In this document: piece by piece, positions 20,771 through 29,717 of the stretch
Numbering within the stretch: the first letter of the stretch is position 1
Layout of the letters: every line of letters starts with the position of its first letter
Source: Bacillota bacterium
GTDB taxonomy: Bacteria; Bacillota; Clostridia; Lachnospirales; Lachnospiraceae
Direction of reading: 5' to 3'
Assembly: GCA_023458035.1 (NCBI GenBank)
Contig: JAEXAX010000034.1
Location: 55,399-119,398, forward strand
DNA length: 64,000 nt
The notes under the pieces: model-generated
Told to the model about the DNA's origin: nothing
Seen by the model: the letters and a program-made list of their open reading frames with translations, nothing else
Database searches by the model: none
Position numbers and translations under genes: made by a program

Positions 20771-21064
20771 ATGGAGCAAAGCCCGCAGAAAACGACCAAG
20801 CGGACGGTGGATCAGAAGGCGGTTTTATTGAACCGATTGAAGCGAATCGAGGGGCAGATTCGCGGCCTGGCCAGACTGGTCGAAACAGATACCTATTGCA
20901 ATGACATCCTGCAGCAGTCCATTTCGGCGCGCTCGGCATTGGACGGCTTTAACCGGGAATTACTCGGCCTTCATATCCGCAGCTGCGTGTCCGAGGGCAT
21001 CAAGCGGGATGATGACGAGGTGATCGACGAGCTGCTGGACACGCTGAGAAAACTGATGAAGTAG
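20771..21064 (+). CDS. csoR: Copper-sensing transcriptional repressor, CsoR/RcnR family
   Basis: LNRLKRIEGQIRGL...YCNDILQQ...H..SC: family helix pattern and Cys/His/Cys ligands. RBS GGAGTGGAGGA lies before the ATG at 20771. Confidence 0.85.
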   Translation: MEQSPQKTTKRTVDQKAVLLNRLKRIEGQIRGLARLVETDTYCNDILQQSISARSALDGFNRELLGLHIRSCVSEGIKRDDDEVIDELLDTLRKLMK

Positions 21065-21116
21065 GGTTCCGATCGGGAGCCGGCTGTTTCCGATACGGAT
21101 TAGAAAGCAGGTAGAG

Positions 21117-23681
21117 ATGAAACAATATATCGTAACCGGTATGACCTGTGCCGCCTGTCAGTCCCGGGTGGAAAAGGCAGTCGAAAAGCTGCCGGGGGTT
21201 CAGGCGGTCAGCGTTTCGTTGCTGACAAATTCTATGGGGGTGGAAGGTGAGGCGACGGATGCCGAGGTGTTGGCAGCGGTAAAAGCGGCCGGCTACGAAG
21301 CCTTGGTGAAGGGCGCCGATATCGACAGTGAAAACAAAAGAGGCGGCTCGGCGGCAGCCGGATGGGCGGCCGAAGAGGAGGCTTTGAAAGATCATGAAAC
21401 CCCCAGATTGGTGCGCAGACTGAGGTGGTCGATCGGGTTTCTGATCATCCTGATGTATATCACCATGGGTCACAATATGCTGAACTGGCCATTGCCGGTA
21501 TTTTTATCGCATAATCATCTCGGTTTGGCATTGACCCAGATGCTGCTTAGCATTATTGTCCTGTATATCAATAAGGACTTTTTTATCTCAGGTTTTCGTG
21601 CCCTGTTTCATGGCAGTCCGAATATGGACTCCCTGGTGGCCCTGGGCTCATCGGTCTCCTTTGGCTGGTCCCTCTATGTGTTTTATCGGCTGACGGTGAT
21701 GATTACCAATGGTGCGGTGAATACTGAGCTGATGGGTCTTTATCATATGCAGCTGTATTTTGAGTCGGCAGCCATGATTCCGGCCCTGATCACAGTCGGA
21801 AAAACTATGGAGGCATTATCGAAGGGGAGAACCACGGATGCCTTGAAGAGTCTGATGAAGCTGGCGCCGAAGACGGCGGTCATCGAGCGGGAAGGGCAAC
21901 TGATCACGGTGGAGATCGATGAGGTGCAAAAGGGCGATGTGTTCATCGTTAAGCCGGGTGAGGCCATACCGGTAGACGGTGTGATCCTGGAAGGTGAGAC
22001 GGCTGTGGATGAAGCGGCCCTGACCGGAGAGTCGATTCCGGTTGATAAGACCATCGGAGATTTTGTCAGTGCGGCCACTATGAATCAATCCGGCTTTATT
22101 CGGGCCAGAGCCGGCAGGGTCGGCCGGGATACGACTTTCGCGCAGATTATTCAGATGGTCAGTGATGCGGCTGCCACCAAGGCGCCGATCGCCCGCATCG
22201 CCGATCTGGTTTCCGGTATCTTCGTACCGGCAGTCATCCTGATTGCGGGGGCGGTCTTTGCAGTCTGGATGTTTATCGGCGCGGGAACGGCCTTTTCCTT
22301 GGAACGGGGTATTAGCGTATTGGTGATCAGCTGTCCCTGCGCGCTGGGGCTGGCGACACCGGTGGCGATTATGGTCGGAAACGGCATGGGAGCAAAGAAC
22401 GGCATTCTGTTTAAGACCAGCGAGTCGTTGGAGATTACCGGAAAGGTGCAGATCGTCGCCCTGGATAAGACCGGTACCATCACTGCCGGAAGGCCGGAGG
22501 TGACGGATGTTCTGCCGGCGGCCGGGGTGACAACCGAAGAGCTGCTGCAAACGGCGTTTCTGCTGGAGGAGCGCAGCGAGCATCCGCTGGCCAGAGCGGT
22601 GATCGCCGCTGTGCCGGAGCGGCCGCCTGCGTCTGCGCCGATCGAAAACTGGAGGGCTTTGGCCGGCAGCGGTATCTCGGCCGAGCAAAATGGTGAGAAG
22701 CTGTATGCCGGTTCAGGCGCCTTTATCCGAACCGTGGGAACGGTGGATGCAGCCATGGCGGCTGAGGAGCTTCGCCTGGCAGAAGCCGGAAAAACCCCGC
22801 TGTATTTTGCCAAAGGCAGTCAGATCCTCGGTATCATTGCCGTGGCCGATGTCATCAAGCCGGAATCGGCAGCGGCTGTACGGGAGCTTAGAAATATGGG
22901 TATCGAGGTCGTCATGCTGACCGGTGACAATGAGCACACGGCTCAGGCCATCGGCCGGCAGGCGGGTGTTAACCATGTCATCGCCGGTGTGCTGCCGGAC
23001 GGCAAGGAGGCGGTCATTCGCAAGCTGCAGACCTACGGTCGGGTAGCCATGGTCGGTGACGGTATCAACGATGCCCCGGCCTTGACAGGGGCGGACATCG
23101 GTATTGCCATCGGCGCCGGTGCGGATGTGGCCGTGGACTCGGCCGATGTGGTGCTGATGAATTCGAAACTGACAGATGTTTCGGCCGCAATTCGCCTCAG
23201 TCGGGCAACCTTAAGAAATATTCATGAGAACCTGTTCTGGGCGTTTATCTATAATATATTGCTCATTCCGGTGGCGGCCGGTATTGTTCCGGGTCTTCGG
23301 CTGGATCCCATGTGGGGAGCGGCAGCCATGTCATTGTCCAGCTTCACAGTCTGCATGAATGCCCTGCGCCTAAACCTGTTTAAGGTGCATAATACGAAAC
23401 ATGATCACACAATCAAACGGCCGGTCAGAATCCCGGCGGAAAGGATCAATATGGAAATGAACCGAAAAGAAAATAAGCTGATCGTCGAAGTGGAAGGCAT
23501 GATGTGCGGCCACTGCGAAGCAATTGTTAAGAAGGCGCTGGAAGCAGTCGACGGTGTGGCAGCAGCGCTGCCGTCCCATGAGGCGGGCACTGTTGAACTG
23601 ACGCTCAGTAAAGAGGTATCGGCAGAAACGATCAAGGAAGTAATCGAGAGCAAGGATTATACGTTTAAGGGTATGAGATAG
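21117..23681 (+). CDS. copA: Copper-translocating P1B-type ATPase with N-terminal and additional C-terminal heavy-metal-binding domains
   Basis: GMTCAAC (N-terminal HMA), CPC motif (SCPCALGLATP), DKTGT, GDGINDAP, and a C-terminal HMA with GMMCGHC. Confidence 0.95.
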   Translation: MKQYIVTGMTCAACQSRVEKAVEKLPGVQAVSVSLLTNSMGVEGEATDAEVLAAVKAAGYEALVKGADIDSENKRGGSAAAGWAAEEEALKDHETPRLVRRLRWSIGFLIILMYITMGHNMLNWPLPVFLSHNHLGLALTQMLLSIIVLYINKDFFISGFRALFHGSPNMDSLVALGSSVSFGWSLYVFYRLTVMITNGAVNTELMGLYHMQLYFESAAMIPALITVGKTMEALSKGRTTDALKSLMKLAPKTAVIEREGQLITVEIDEVQKGDVFIVKPGEAIPVDGVILEGETAVDEAALTGESIPVDKTIGDFVSAATMNQSGFIRARAGRVGRDTTFAQIIQMVSDAAATKAPIARIADLVSGIFVPAVILIAGAVFAVWMFIGAGTAFSLERGISVLVISCPCALGLATPVAIMVGNGMGAKNGILFKTSESLEITGKVQIVALDKTGTITAGRPEVTDVLPAAGVTTEELLQTAFLLEERSEHPLARAVIAAVPERPPASAPIENWRALAGSGISAEQNGEKLYAGSGAFIRTVGTVDAAMAAEELRLAEAGKTPLYFAKGSQILGIIAVADVIKPESAAAVRELRNMGIEVVMLTGDNEHTAQAIGRQAGVNHVIAGVLPDGKEAVIRKLQTYGRVAMVGDGINDAPALTGADIGIAIGAGADVAVDSADVVLMNSKLTDVSAAIRLSRATLRNIHENLFWAFIYNILLIPVAAGIVPGLRLDPMWGAAAMSLSSFTVCMNALRLNLFKVHNTKHDHTIKRPVRIPAERINMEMNRKENKLIVEVEGMMCGHCEAIVKKALEAVDGVAAALPSHEAGTVELTLSKEVSAETIKEVIESKDYTFKGMR

Positions 23682-23726
23682 GTTTTGAGAGTGAAAAAAT
23701 GAATCAAGCGGATAGGTAAGCTTAAA

Positions 23727-23765
23727 AGCGGGGGATGGCGCAGAACCATCTCCTGCTTCTTTTAT
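23727..23765 (+). terminator. Rho-independent terminator of copA; last backbone element before the AT-rich island
   Basis: 12-bp stem (AGCGGGGGATGG/CCATCTCCTGCT with two G-U pairs) followed by TCTTTTAT. Confidence 0.65.
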
Positions 23766-23912
23766 ATGTATCATTTTAAAAGTGAAAACGGGTTTTATTG
23801 AAGTGAAATAAGACGTTACATATCGGCTAAAAATAGCTGCGAACAGAGATGATGAATGATATTTTTGCCGAGATATACTAAATAATCACTTGGTGTGGTT
23901 TTGGACTTGCTT

Positions 23913-24146
23913 CATGACAGATGTGGCGATACAGAACACAGGGGGCGACAGCAGAATAATAAAGGATTTTATGTGAGCGTCTTACTTTCATTGAAAAGCT
24001 GGGAGAAAGCTTCAACATCAGAGAAATTGCCTTTGATAGATGGGGAGCAGTTCAGATGATGCAGAACTTAGAGAATATGGGTTTTACCGTAGTTCCTTTT
24101 GGACAAGGCTTTAAAGCTATGAGCCCATCAACGAAAAAACTGATTT
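23913..24146 (+). repeat. Degenerate copy of a GNAT-gene fragment fused to a phage terminase-large-subunit fragment. It forms a direct repeat with 27375-27446 plus 28068-28227.
   Basis: By eye the two copies are near-identical in nucleotide sequence (catgacagatgtggcgatacagaacacagggg...atgtgagcgtcttact, then ttcattgaaaagc...gcctttgatagatggggagca...ggacaaggctttaa). Confidence 0.65.
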
Positions 24147-24377
24147 GATAGTCACAGCAGGTGTAAGTTCATAGATAACAATAGTGGCCATTTGCTCCGG
24201 TTATGGCCTTTTTGACTTGTGAAAAATCAAAGAATATATTATTTTTATTGTAACGAAAGGGCTGAAAAAATAAAAAATGCGAAACGCAGAAAAAATGTCG
24301 CGTTTACCATTGACAAATACGTTTTAGGAAGATAACTCCCGGTTTGTATGGATATGTAAATTGGAATTATAATAGGA

Positions 24378-25073
24378 GTGTTGCAAGTGAGAGATAAAAG
24401 CAATAAAAAATTTTGGAATAAATTTGCCAAGCTGTATGCTCCTTTTATGAAGAAGGATAAAGGAGTTTATGAGAAAGTTTGCAGATATATTTGTCCTTAT
24501 TTGAATAAAAATATGAATGTACTAGAACTTGCTTGTGGTTCAGGGCAACTGTCGTTTAGTCTTTCAAAGCATACTAAAAGTTGGATTGGAACAGATTTTT
24601 CCGAACAAATGTTTTTCCTTTTTCCCAGCTGACAATAGTCACATTGTTGGATTGGAACAGATTTTTCCGAACAAATGATTCTGGAAGCAAGGAAGCGTGG
24701 AGAATATGAAAACCTTATATTTGAAATAGCCGATGCAACATCATTATCTTTTGCAGATGGAAAATTTGATTGTGTGGTAATTGCTAATGCGCTTCATATT
24801 ATGCCTAAACCATATAAGGCAATGAAAGAAATATATAGAGTATTAAAATCCGATGGTATTTTGGTTGCTCCTACTTTTCTCTGGAAAGAGGGAAGGAGAA
24901 GAAAAATTATAAAAAAGATGATGTCCATTTTGGGATTTAGGATGTATCACGAATGGGATAAAAAGCAATTTGAAGATTTTATTGAGGAATATGGATTTTC
25001 AGTAGTTGACATGAAATTGGTACATGGGGGGCTTGCACCGGTTGGTGTGATGATTGCCAAAAGAGTAGCATAA
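24378..25073 (+). pseudogene. Class I SAM-dependent methyltransferase interrupted by a 66-bp in-frame insertion/duplication that carries a stop
   Basis: ORFs 24378..24632 and 24675..25073 are in the same frame. Motif VLELACGSGQ (SAM motif I). A 31-nt sequence is duplicated at 24581-24611 and 24647-24677 with 35 nt of filler containing TGA. Confidence 0.75.
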
Positions 25074-25292
25074 CAGATTTTATTCTTGTGAATAAAAATT
25101 TCATACAAATGGTTATCAAAGGCGATAGAGAAAAACGATCGTCTTTTTGCAAATTATATAGAGAAATTGCAACAAGAAAACAGAGGACGAACACCACAGG
25201 TAAAGAAGAACGAGTTAGACCTATAAAACTATTTGAAAAATGATATAATAAAATAATAAATAAGTATTTGATTTTTGGAGGTGCTTAAATTT

Positions 25293-25712
25293 ATGAATGA
25301 AAGAGAGAAAATCGTTCGTTTATGGTTTGATATGTGGCTTGCACAACAAGATTTAGGAATTGATGATATTTTTTCGGATGATGTAATTTATATTGAGAGT
25401 TGGTGTCCTAAGTATGAAAATCGTAAAATAGTAAAGCACTGGTTTAATGAATGGAATACAAGAGGAAAAGTTCTTGCGTGGGATATAAAGCAATTTTTTC
25501 ATAAGGATAATCAAACTATTGTAGAATGGCACTTCAAAAATAAAATGAATGAGGGGAAAGTTGAAGAATTTGACGGTATTTCTTTGATTGTTTGGACAGC
25601 TGATAATAAGATAAAGGCATTAAAAGAGTTTGGCTGTAATTGTAATCACTACAATCCTTACAAAGAGAGTGAAACTCCCTTATTTAGAGAAGAAAAAGTA
25701 AATTGGTTTTGA
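25293..25712 (+). CDS. SnoaL/NTF2-like small protein
   Basis: ~140 aa with a Trp/acidic-rich pattern (LWFDMW...VIYIESW) typical of the SnoaL-like fold. RBS GGAGG lies before the ATG at 25293. Confidence 0.55.
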   Translation: MNEREKIVRLWFDMWLAQQDLGIDDIFSDDVIYIESWCPKYENRKIVKHWFNEWNTRGKVLAWDIKQFFHKDNQTIVEWHFKNKMNEGKVEEFDGISLIVWTADNKIKALKEFGCNCNHYNPYKESETPLFREEKVNWF

Positions 25713-25722
25713 GGTAATTACT

Positions 25723-26091
25723 ATGGATATAAATAGATTTTTCAAAACGGTTTTATCACAAAATGCAGAAGAACTTAGGAAATTTTTTCAAAAGAATGCC
25801 GTTATAAAATGGCATTGCACAAATGAGTTATTTACCTTGGATGAGTATATAAGGGCAAATTGTGAATATCCGGGGAATTGGAACGGAGAAATAGAGAGAA
25901 TTGAAGAAAATATAGATACTGTTATTTTAGCTTGTCGAGTTTTTCCGACAGATAATAGTGAATCTTTTCACGTAGTAAGTTTTATTCATTTTGAGGATAA
26001 TTTGATTATTGAAATGGATGAATATTGGTCTGATGATGGATTGGCACCGGAGTGGCGTAAGAAAATGAAAATCGGAAAACGCATTAGGTAA
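25723..26091 (+). CDS. NTF2-like small protein (second paralogue-like gene)
   Basis: 122-aa ORF with size and composition similar to the preceding gene. Confidence 0.45.
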   Translation: MDINRFFKTVLSQNAEELRKFFQKNAVIKWHCTNELFTLDEYIRANCEYPGNWNGEIERIEENIDTVILACRVFPTDNSESFHVVSFIHFEDNLIIEMDEYWSDDGLAPEWRKKMKIGKRIR

Positions 26092-26114
26092 ATAATAATT
26101 TGAATGGAAATAAT

Positions 26115-26330
26115 ATGGATGATATAACAAAAAAATTAAACATGAGGAGCAGAGAAGAAGTGGTTATGTTCTTAAAAAGTATGTGGTCAGATGCTCCGAA
26201 GCCTTGCCCTTTATGTGGTGGAAAGTTAGATTATTTTCATAAGAAAGCTAAAAGGAGTAATTCGGATTGGATTTGTATAGATTGTAAAACTCATTTTGAC
26301 GCAATAAAAATCTTAAAAGAGCTTGATTGA
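26115..26330 (+). CDS. Small zinc-ribbon protein, unknown function
   Basis: CPLCGG...CIDCK double CxxC motif. No clear RBS, so the start is uncertain. Confidence 0.35.
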   Translation: MDDITKKLNMRSREEVVMFLKSMWSDAPKPCPLCGGKLDYFHKKAKRSNSDWICIDCKTHFDAIKILKELD

Positions 26331-26476
26331 AATAATCAATTTTATATTACAAACGCTACAAAAAATCCCGACGGCACAGGGCAGCCGGGAGCGGATATGA
26401 AAGTTTTACTTTTACAGATAGGGCATAACAGCCATTCCGTTAGTATCCATCTTCACCACGTCCTTTTAATCATAAT

Positions 26477-26615
26477 CAGCGTATCTTAACCAAGCTATTG
26501 TTAATCAATCCTAAAGTACTTATCCCCAATAAACTGATTACGCCCCCTAAATTGAATATCACTTTTCCTGTAATACCACTTGCAAGTGCAGGAACAGACC
26601 ACGGAATATATTCAT
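26477..26615 (-). pseudogene. 3'-terminal fragment of a membrane (permease-like) gene
   Basis: The minus-strand frame reads ...YEYIPWSVPALASGITGKVIFNLGGVISLLGISTLGLINNSLVKIR*, with no upstream continuation. Confidence 0.25.
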
Positions 26616-26619
26616 AAAG

Positions 26620-26757
26620 GAATTAGAAAAGCAAGAGCTTATAACAGAGTTTGATAAAAATGTATGGCTTAGCATGGTAGACTACCTTACAGTTCATCGT
26701 GATGGAAAGATTGAATTTACATTTTTTGATGGCAGCCAGGTAAAATTAAATAGATAG
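26620..26757 (+). pseudogene. C-terminal tail fragment of a large serine recombinase
   Basis: Reads ELEKQELITEFDKNVWLSMVDYLTVHRDGKIEFTFFDGSQVKLNR*. This is the characteristic extreme C-terminus of Tn4451/TndX-type large serine recombinases. There is no upstream catalytic part. Confidence 0.5.
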
Positions 26758-26836
26758 AAAACCAAACAGGCACTTCACTCAAATTTGAGATAAACTAATT
26801 ATAAATATATTTTCTATAGTAAAAACGTATTTAATG

Positions 26837-26972
26837 TGCTATAATCAAAGCAATCAAAATATATTAGTGAGGATAAAAAGTGGCTAATGGCACTTGGTAC
26901 TTGACGATTTGGAATATATAATTTGATCATAAGATTAGGTCAGGAAGCATACGATGCCCTGGCCATTTTTTT
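26837..26972 (+). other. Orphan cassette: extended -10 promoter, 13-codon mini-ORF, intrinsic terminator (candidate small RNA/peptide)
   Basis: TGcTATAAT at 26837-26845. GAGGA followed by GTG at 26880, encoding MANGTWYLTIWNI* (to 26921). Hairpin GGTCAGG/CCTGGCC at 26938-26964 followed by T7. Confidence 0.35.
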
Positions 26973-27080
26973 GTGGAGAGCAACAATGAAAGAATATAGC
27001 ACTCCAAGCCGATCGCCAAGGTATCAAATTGATATTTTGGGAAAACTAAAAAACATTGGATTATAAACGGAGAAAAGTAT

Positions 27081-27593
27081 ATGAGTGATAAAATGGATGT
27101 TTCATCATTATCAGATCGATACCTTGTTCAAATGATGGGGGAGTCTGATGTTGAGAGAATATATGAATTGTGTCGAAAAAATGCCCTATACTATCAATAT
27201 TGCCCTCCGTATGTATCTGAAGAGAGTATTATTTGCGATATGAATGCACTGACGCCGAACAAAGACATGCGGGACAAATATTATATTGGATATTACGATG
27301 AGGAAAGATTGATTGCAGTAATGGATTTAATCATGAATTTCCCGGATGAAGCAACGGCCTTTATAGGGTTCTTTATGACAGATGTGGCGATACAGAACAC
27401 AGGGGTCGGCAGCGGAATAATAGAGGATTTATGTGAGCGTCTTACTAAGATAGGAATTTCCAAGGTACGTCTTGGATGGGTAAAAGATAACCCTCAGGCA
27501 GAGCACTTCTGGCATAAGAATAAATTTGCAGAAACAGGGGATTTTTGTGATACAGATAAATATACAGTAATTGTTGCTCAAAGATATTTGTAA
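27081..27593 (+). CDS. GNAT family N-acetyltransferase
   Basis: 170 aa with the acetyl-CoA-binding motif VAIQNTGVGSGII. Confidence 0.8.
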   Translation: MSDKMDVSSLSDRYLVQMMGESDVERIYELCRKNALYYQYCPPYVSEESIICDMNALTPNKDMRDKYYIGYYDEERLIAVMDLIMNFPDEATAFIGFFMTDVAIQNTGVGSGIIEDLCERLTKIGISKVRLGWVKDNPQAEHFWHKNKFAETGDFCDTDKYTVIVAQRYL

Positions 27594-27618
27594 ATCAGAT
27601 TTTCTGGAGGTGCGAGGT

Positions 27619-27838
27619 ATGGCTTCAAGTAAACAATATTTAGATTTCATTTTAGGACAACTATCCCAAGTTGGAAGAAATAACATATAGATCAATGATG
27701 GGCGAATATATTGTTTATTATCATGGGAAAATTATTGGTGGAATTTATGATGATAGGTTTTTAGTTAAGTCTGTTAAATCTGCAATAGCATATATGTCAA
27801 ACAAAATCCGAGTGAGGAGAATTCCTTTAGATAATTAA
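27619..27838 (+). pseudogene. TfoX N-terminal-domain gene, frameshifted
   Basis: MASSKQYLDFILGQLSQ... stops after 23 codons. The family sequence continues in another frame (MMGEYIVYYHGKIIGGIYDDRFLVKS...). Confidence 0.55.
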
Positions 27839-27849
27839 AACTTAATCAG

Positions 27850-28355
27850 TGGGTAGAACAAGCAATCCGTTGGATGCCAATGGAGAAATGAGATGCTTGC
27901 TCATTTGCAGTAAATGAAGATGAACTTGAAGGAAGAGTCTGTTATGGAGGACTTAACCTATCATCCACAACAGAATCACCGCCTTTGTTTTAGTCTTTCT
28001 ATGGCAAAGGCAAGGCTTTATTCAAACCACTGAAGGGAATGTGGTTCACTATGGATATATAGAAACTTTCATTGAAAAGCCAGGAGAAAGATTCAACATC
28101 AGAGAAATTGCCTTTGATAGATGGGGAGCAGCTCAGATGGTGCAGAACTTAGAGAATATGGGCTTTATCGGAGTTCCTTTTGGACAAGGCTTTAAGGATA
28201 TGAGACCACCAACGAAAGAACTGATGAAACTAATTCTGGAGCAAAAATTAGCACATGGTGGAAATCCAGTACTTCACTGGATGATGGATAACATCTTTAT
28301 AAGGATGGATCCTGCCGGAAATATCAAAGCAGATAAGGAAAAATCAACAGGGTAG
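27850..28355 (+). pseudogene. Phage terminase large subunit, C-terminal remnants (multiple frame breaks)
   Basis: Fragments ...VCYGGLNLSSTTE... and ORF 28041..28355 with IAFDRWGAAQMVQNLENMGF...HGGNPVLHWMMDN, typical of the Terminase_1 C-terminal nuclease domain. The N-terminal ATPase part is absent. Confidence 0.6.
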
Positions 28356-28482
28356 TGTCAAGATTCTTTCGCAAATTCATTTCTTGGCCGCCGGCATACT
28401 TTTGAGCCATACGGGACGGGGCATGATTCCGAAGCATAATGGTTGTGGCAGCGTAAAGGTTTGTTAAGAGCAAGTATCGACC

Positions 28483-28830
28483 ATGGTTGAAAGTATTCGC
28501 TCAATAGAATACAATAAAGGAGATCTTCTAATGTGTGAAGGTGGAGCGTATTTTGGAAGAACAGCGATTTGGAATTTTAATTATGATATTTGCTTTCAAA
28601 ATCATGTGCATAGGGTACGGCCATATTTAAATGTTGATTTAATGTATTTTTACTATGTTTTCTATTTTTATCAAAATACGGGTATGATACAATCAAAAGG
28701 AATAGCTATGCCTAGATTATCTTCTATATTGCATGAAATGGTAATTCCATTGCCAACACTAGAAGAACGGCATCGTATAGTCGCCAAAATAGAAGAGATG
28801 ATTCCATATTGCGATAAATTGATAAAGTGA
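28483..28830 (+). pseudogene. Type I restriction-modification specificity subunit (HsdS), C-terminal fragment only
   Basis: Target-recognition-domain/conserved-helix pattern (GDLLMCEGGAYFGRTAIW...FQNHVHRVRP...LPTLEERHRIVAKIEEMIPYCDKL). No hsdM or hsdR nearby. Confidence 0.6.
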
Positions 28831-28859
28831 CCAATAAAGCTATAGGAGACTATAAATAA

Positions 28860-29570
28860 ATGGAGACATTTAATGATTTTTTGTCTACAGCGCGCACTGA
28901 TCGTTTTAGACAATTAAATGTATATAAAGATAAGGATTATCTAGTAGATGATAAATATCGCATGACTGAAAATGTTACGATGTCATATTATGGTGAATAT
29001 GGATGTCAAGTATCATTGAGGGATTTCTATTTTTATATTACTGAAAGCAAAGGAAATGCATACTATTCTGTAATAGAATTATATCAGCTGTTAGATCGGA
29101 TTGTTCAAAAAGAGGGATATGATTTCGTGATAAACCTCTTACGAGAAATTGAAAAAGCAGGAGTAGCAAGAAAGCACGAAGATTATATTATATATAGAGG
29201 AATTCGATATAGTGTTAGAACTCATGTTGAACCTATTGTTGATGGTGAAATAGAAATACTTGATGGCTCGATATCATTAAATTATAAGAAGCTTACAGGA
29301 TTATTGATTTTAATACAAGAAAAAAGCAACTATTTTTGGAATAGTAAAAAAGCAAACAAGAAATATAAAGATGGGCTGTTAAGATTATTTATAGCGCTTA
29401 TCACCTTACATCAGGATCATCCAGTATTAGAGAACAAGGGATGGAAATATTCTATTGAAGAGGATAAGTTTAAGTACGTCGGTAAATTTTCATCTGATGA
29501 AAAAAAAGCCAAGCGAGTTTATTATTTGACGAAAGGAGAACTTGATGATATTATGTCATCAGAATCCTAG
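28860..29570 (+). CDS. Hypothetical protein (236 aa), no recognisable domain; directly upstream of the reverse-transcriptase locus
   Basis: Intact AT-rich ORF with RBS AGGAGA. Its last ~45 nt contain the predicted ncRNA promoter and the a1 repeat. Confidence 0.55.
   Translation: METFNDFLSTARTDRFRQLNVYKDKDYLVDDKYRMTENVTMSYYGEYGCQVSLRDFYFYITESKGNAYYSVIELYQLLDRIVQKEGYDFVINLLREIEKAGVARKHEDYIIYRGIRYSVRTHVEPIVDGEIEILDGSISLNYKKLTGLLILIQEKSNYFWNSKKANKKYKDGLLRLFIALITLHQDHPVLENKGWKYSIEEDKFKYVGKFSSDEKKAKRVYYLTKGELDDIMSSES
29526..29554 (+). promoter_or_regulatory. Sigma-70-type promoter predicted to drive the ncRNA and RT transcript
   Basis: TTGACG (29526-29531), 17-nt spacer, TATTAT (29549-29554). The predicted +1 at about 29561 coincides with the first base of the a1 repeat. 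Confidence 0.45.
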
Positions 29571-29717
29571 TATTCGTCGATGACGAAGTGATGATAAGGA
29601 GTTTTAATCGAGTGTCGGATAAGTCAAGTGTTTGATCCGTTCGCTTTTCCCGCTCGCGGCGTATGCTCGCGGGGCTCACTCTTCAACCCCTTGCCTCATT
29701 CTACACTGTAGGATTCT
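29561..29717 (+). ncRNA. Candidate retron msr-msd non-coding RNA
   Basis: 9-bp inverted repeat AGAATCCTA (29561-29569) / TAGGATTCT (29709-29717). A G at 29570 follows a1 directly (candidate branching G). Hairpin TTCGTC-gat-GACGAA at 29573-29587. A ~60-nt core (29636-29695) is about 65% G+C in an otherwise AT-rich island. T-tract at 29717-29722. The RT ATG is at 29728. Confidence 0.45.

Noticed and set aside
27850-28355. Possible intact prophage signalled by terminase homology.
   Set aside because: Only C-terminal terminase remnants with frame breaks are present. No portal, capsid, tail, integrase or lysis genes are in the island.
28483-28830. Functional type I restriction-modification system.
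   Set aside because: Only about half of one HsdS (a single TRD plus conserved helix) is present, and there is no HsdM or HsdR ORF nearby.
29652-29672. GCTCGCGG-cgtat-GCTCGCGG as a possible mini-CRISPR or tandem-repeat array.
   Set aside because: There are only two 8-nt copies with a 5-nt spacer, and no cas genes. I treat it as part of the candidate ncRNA core instead.
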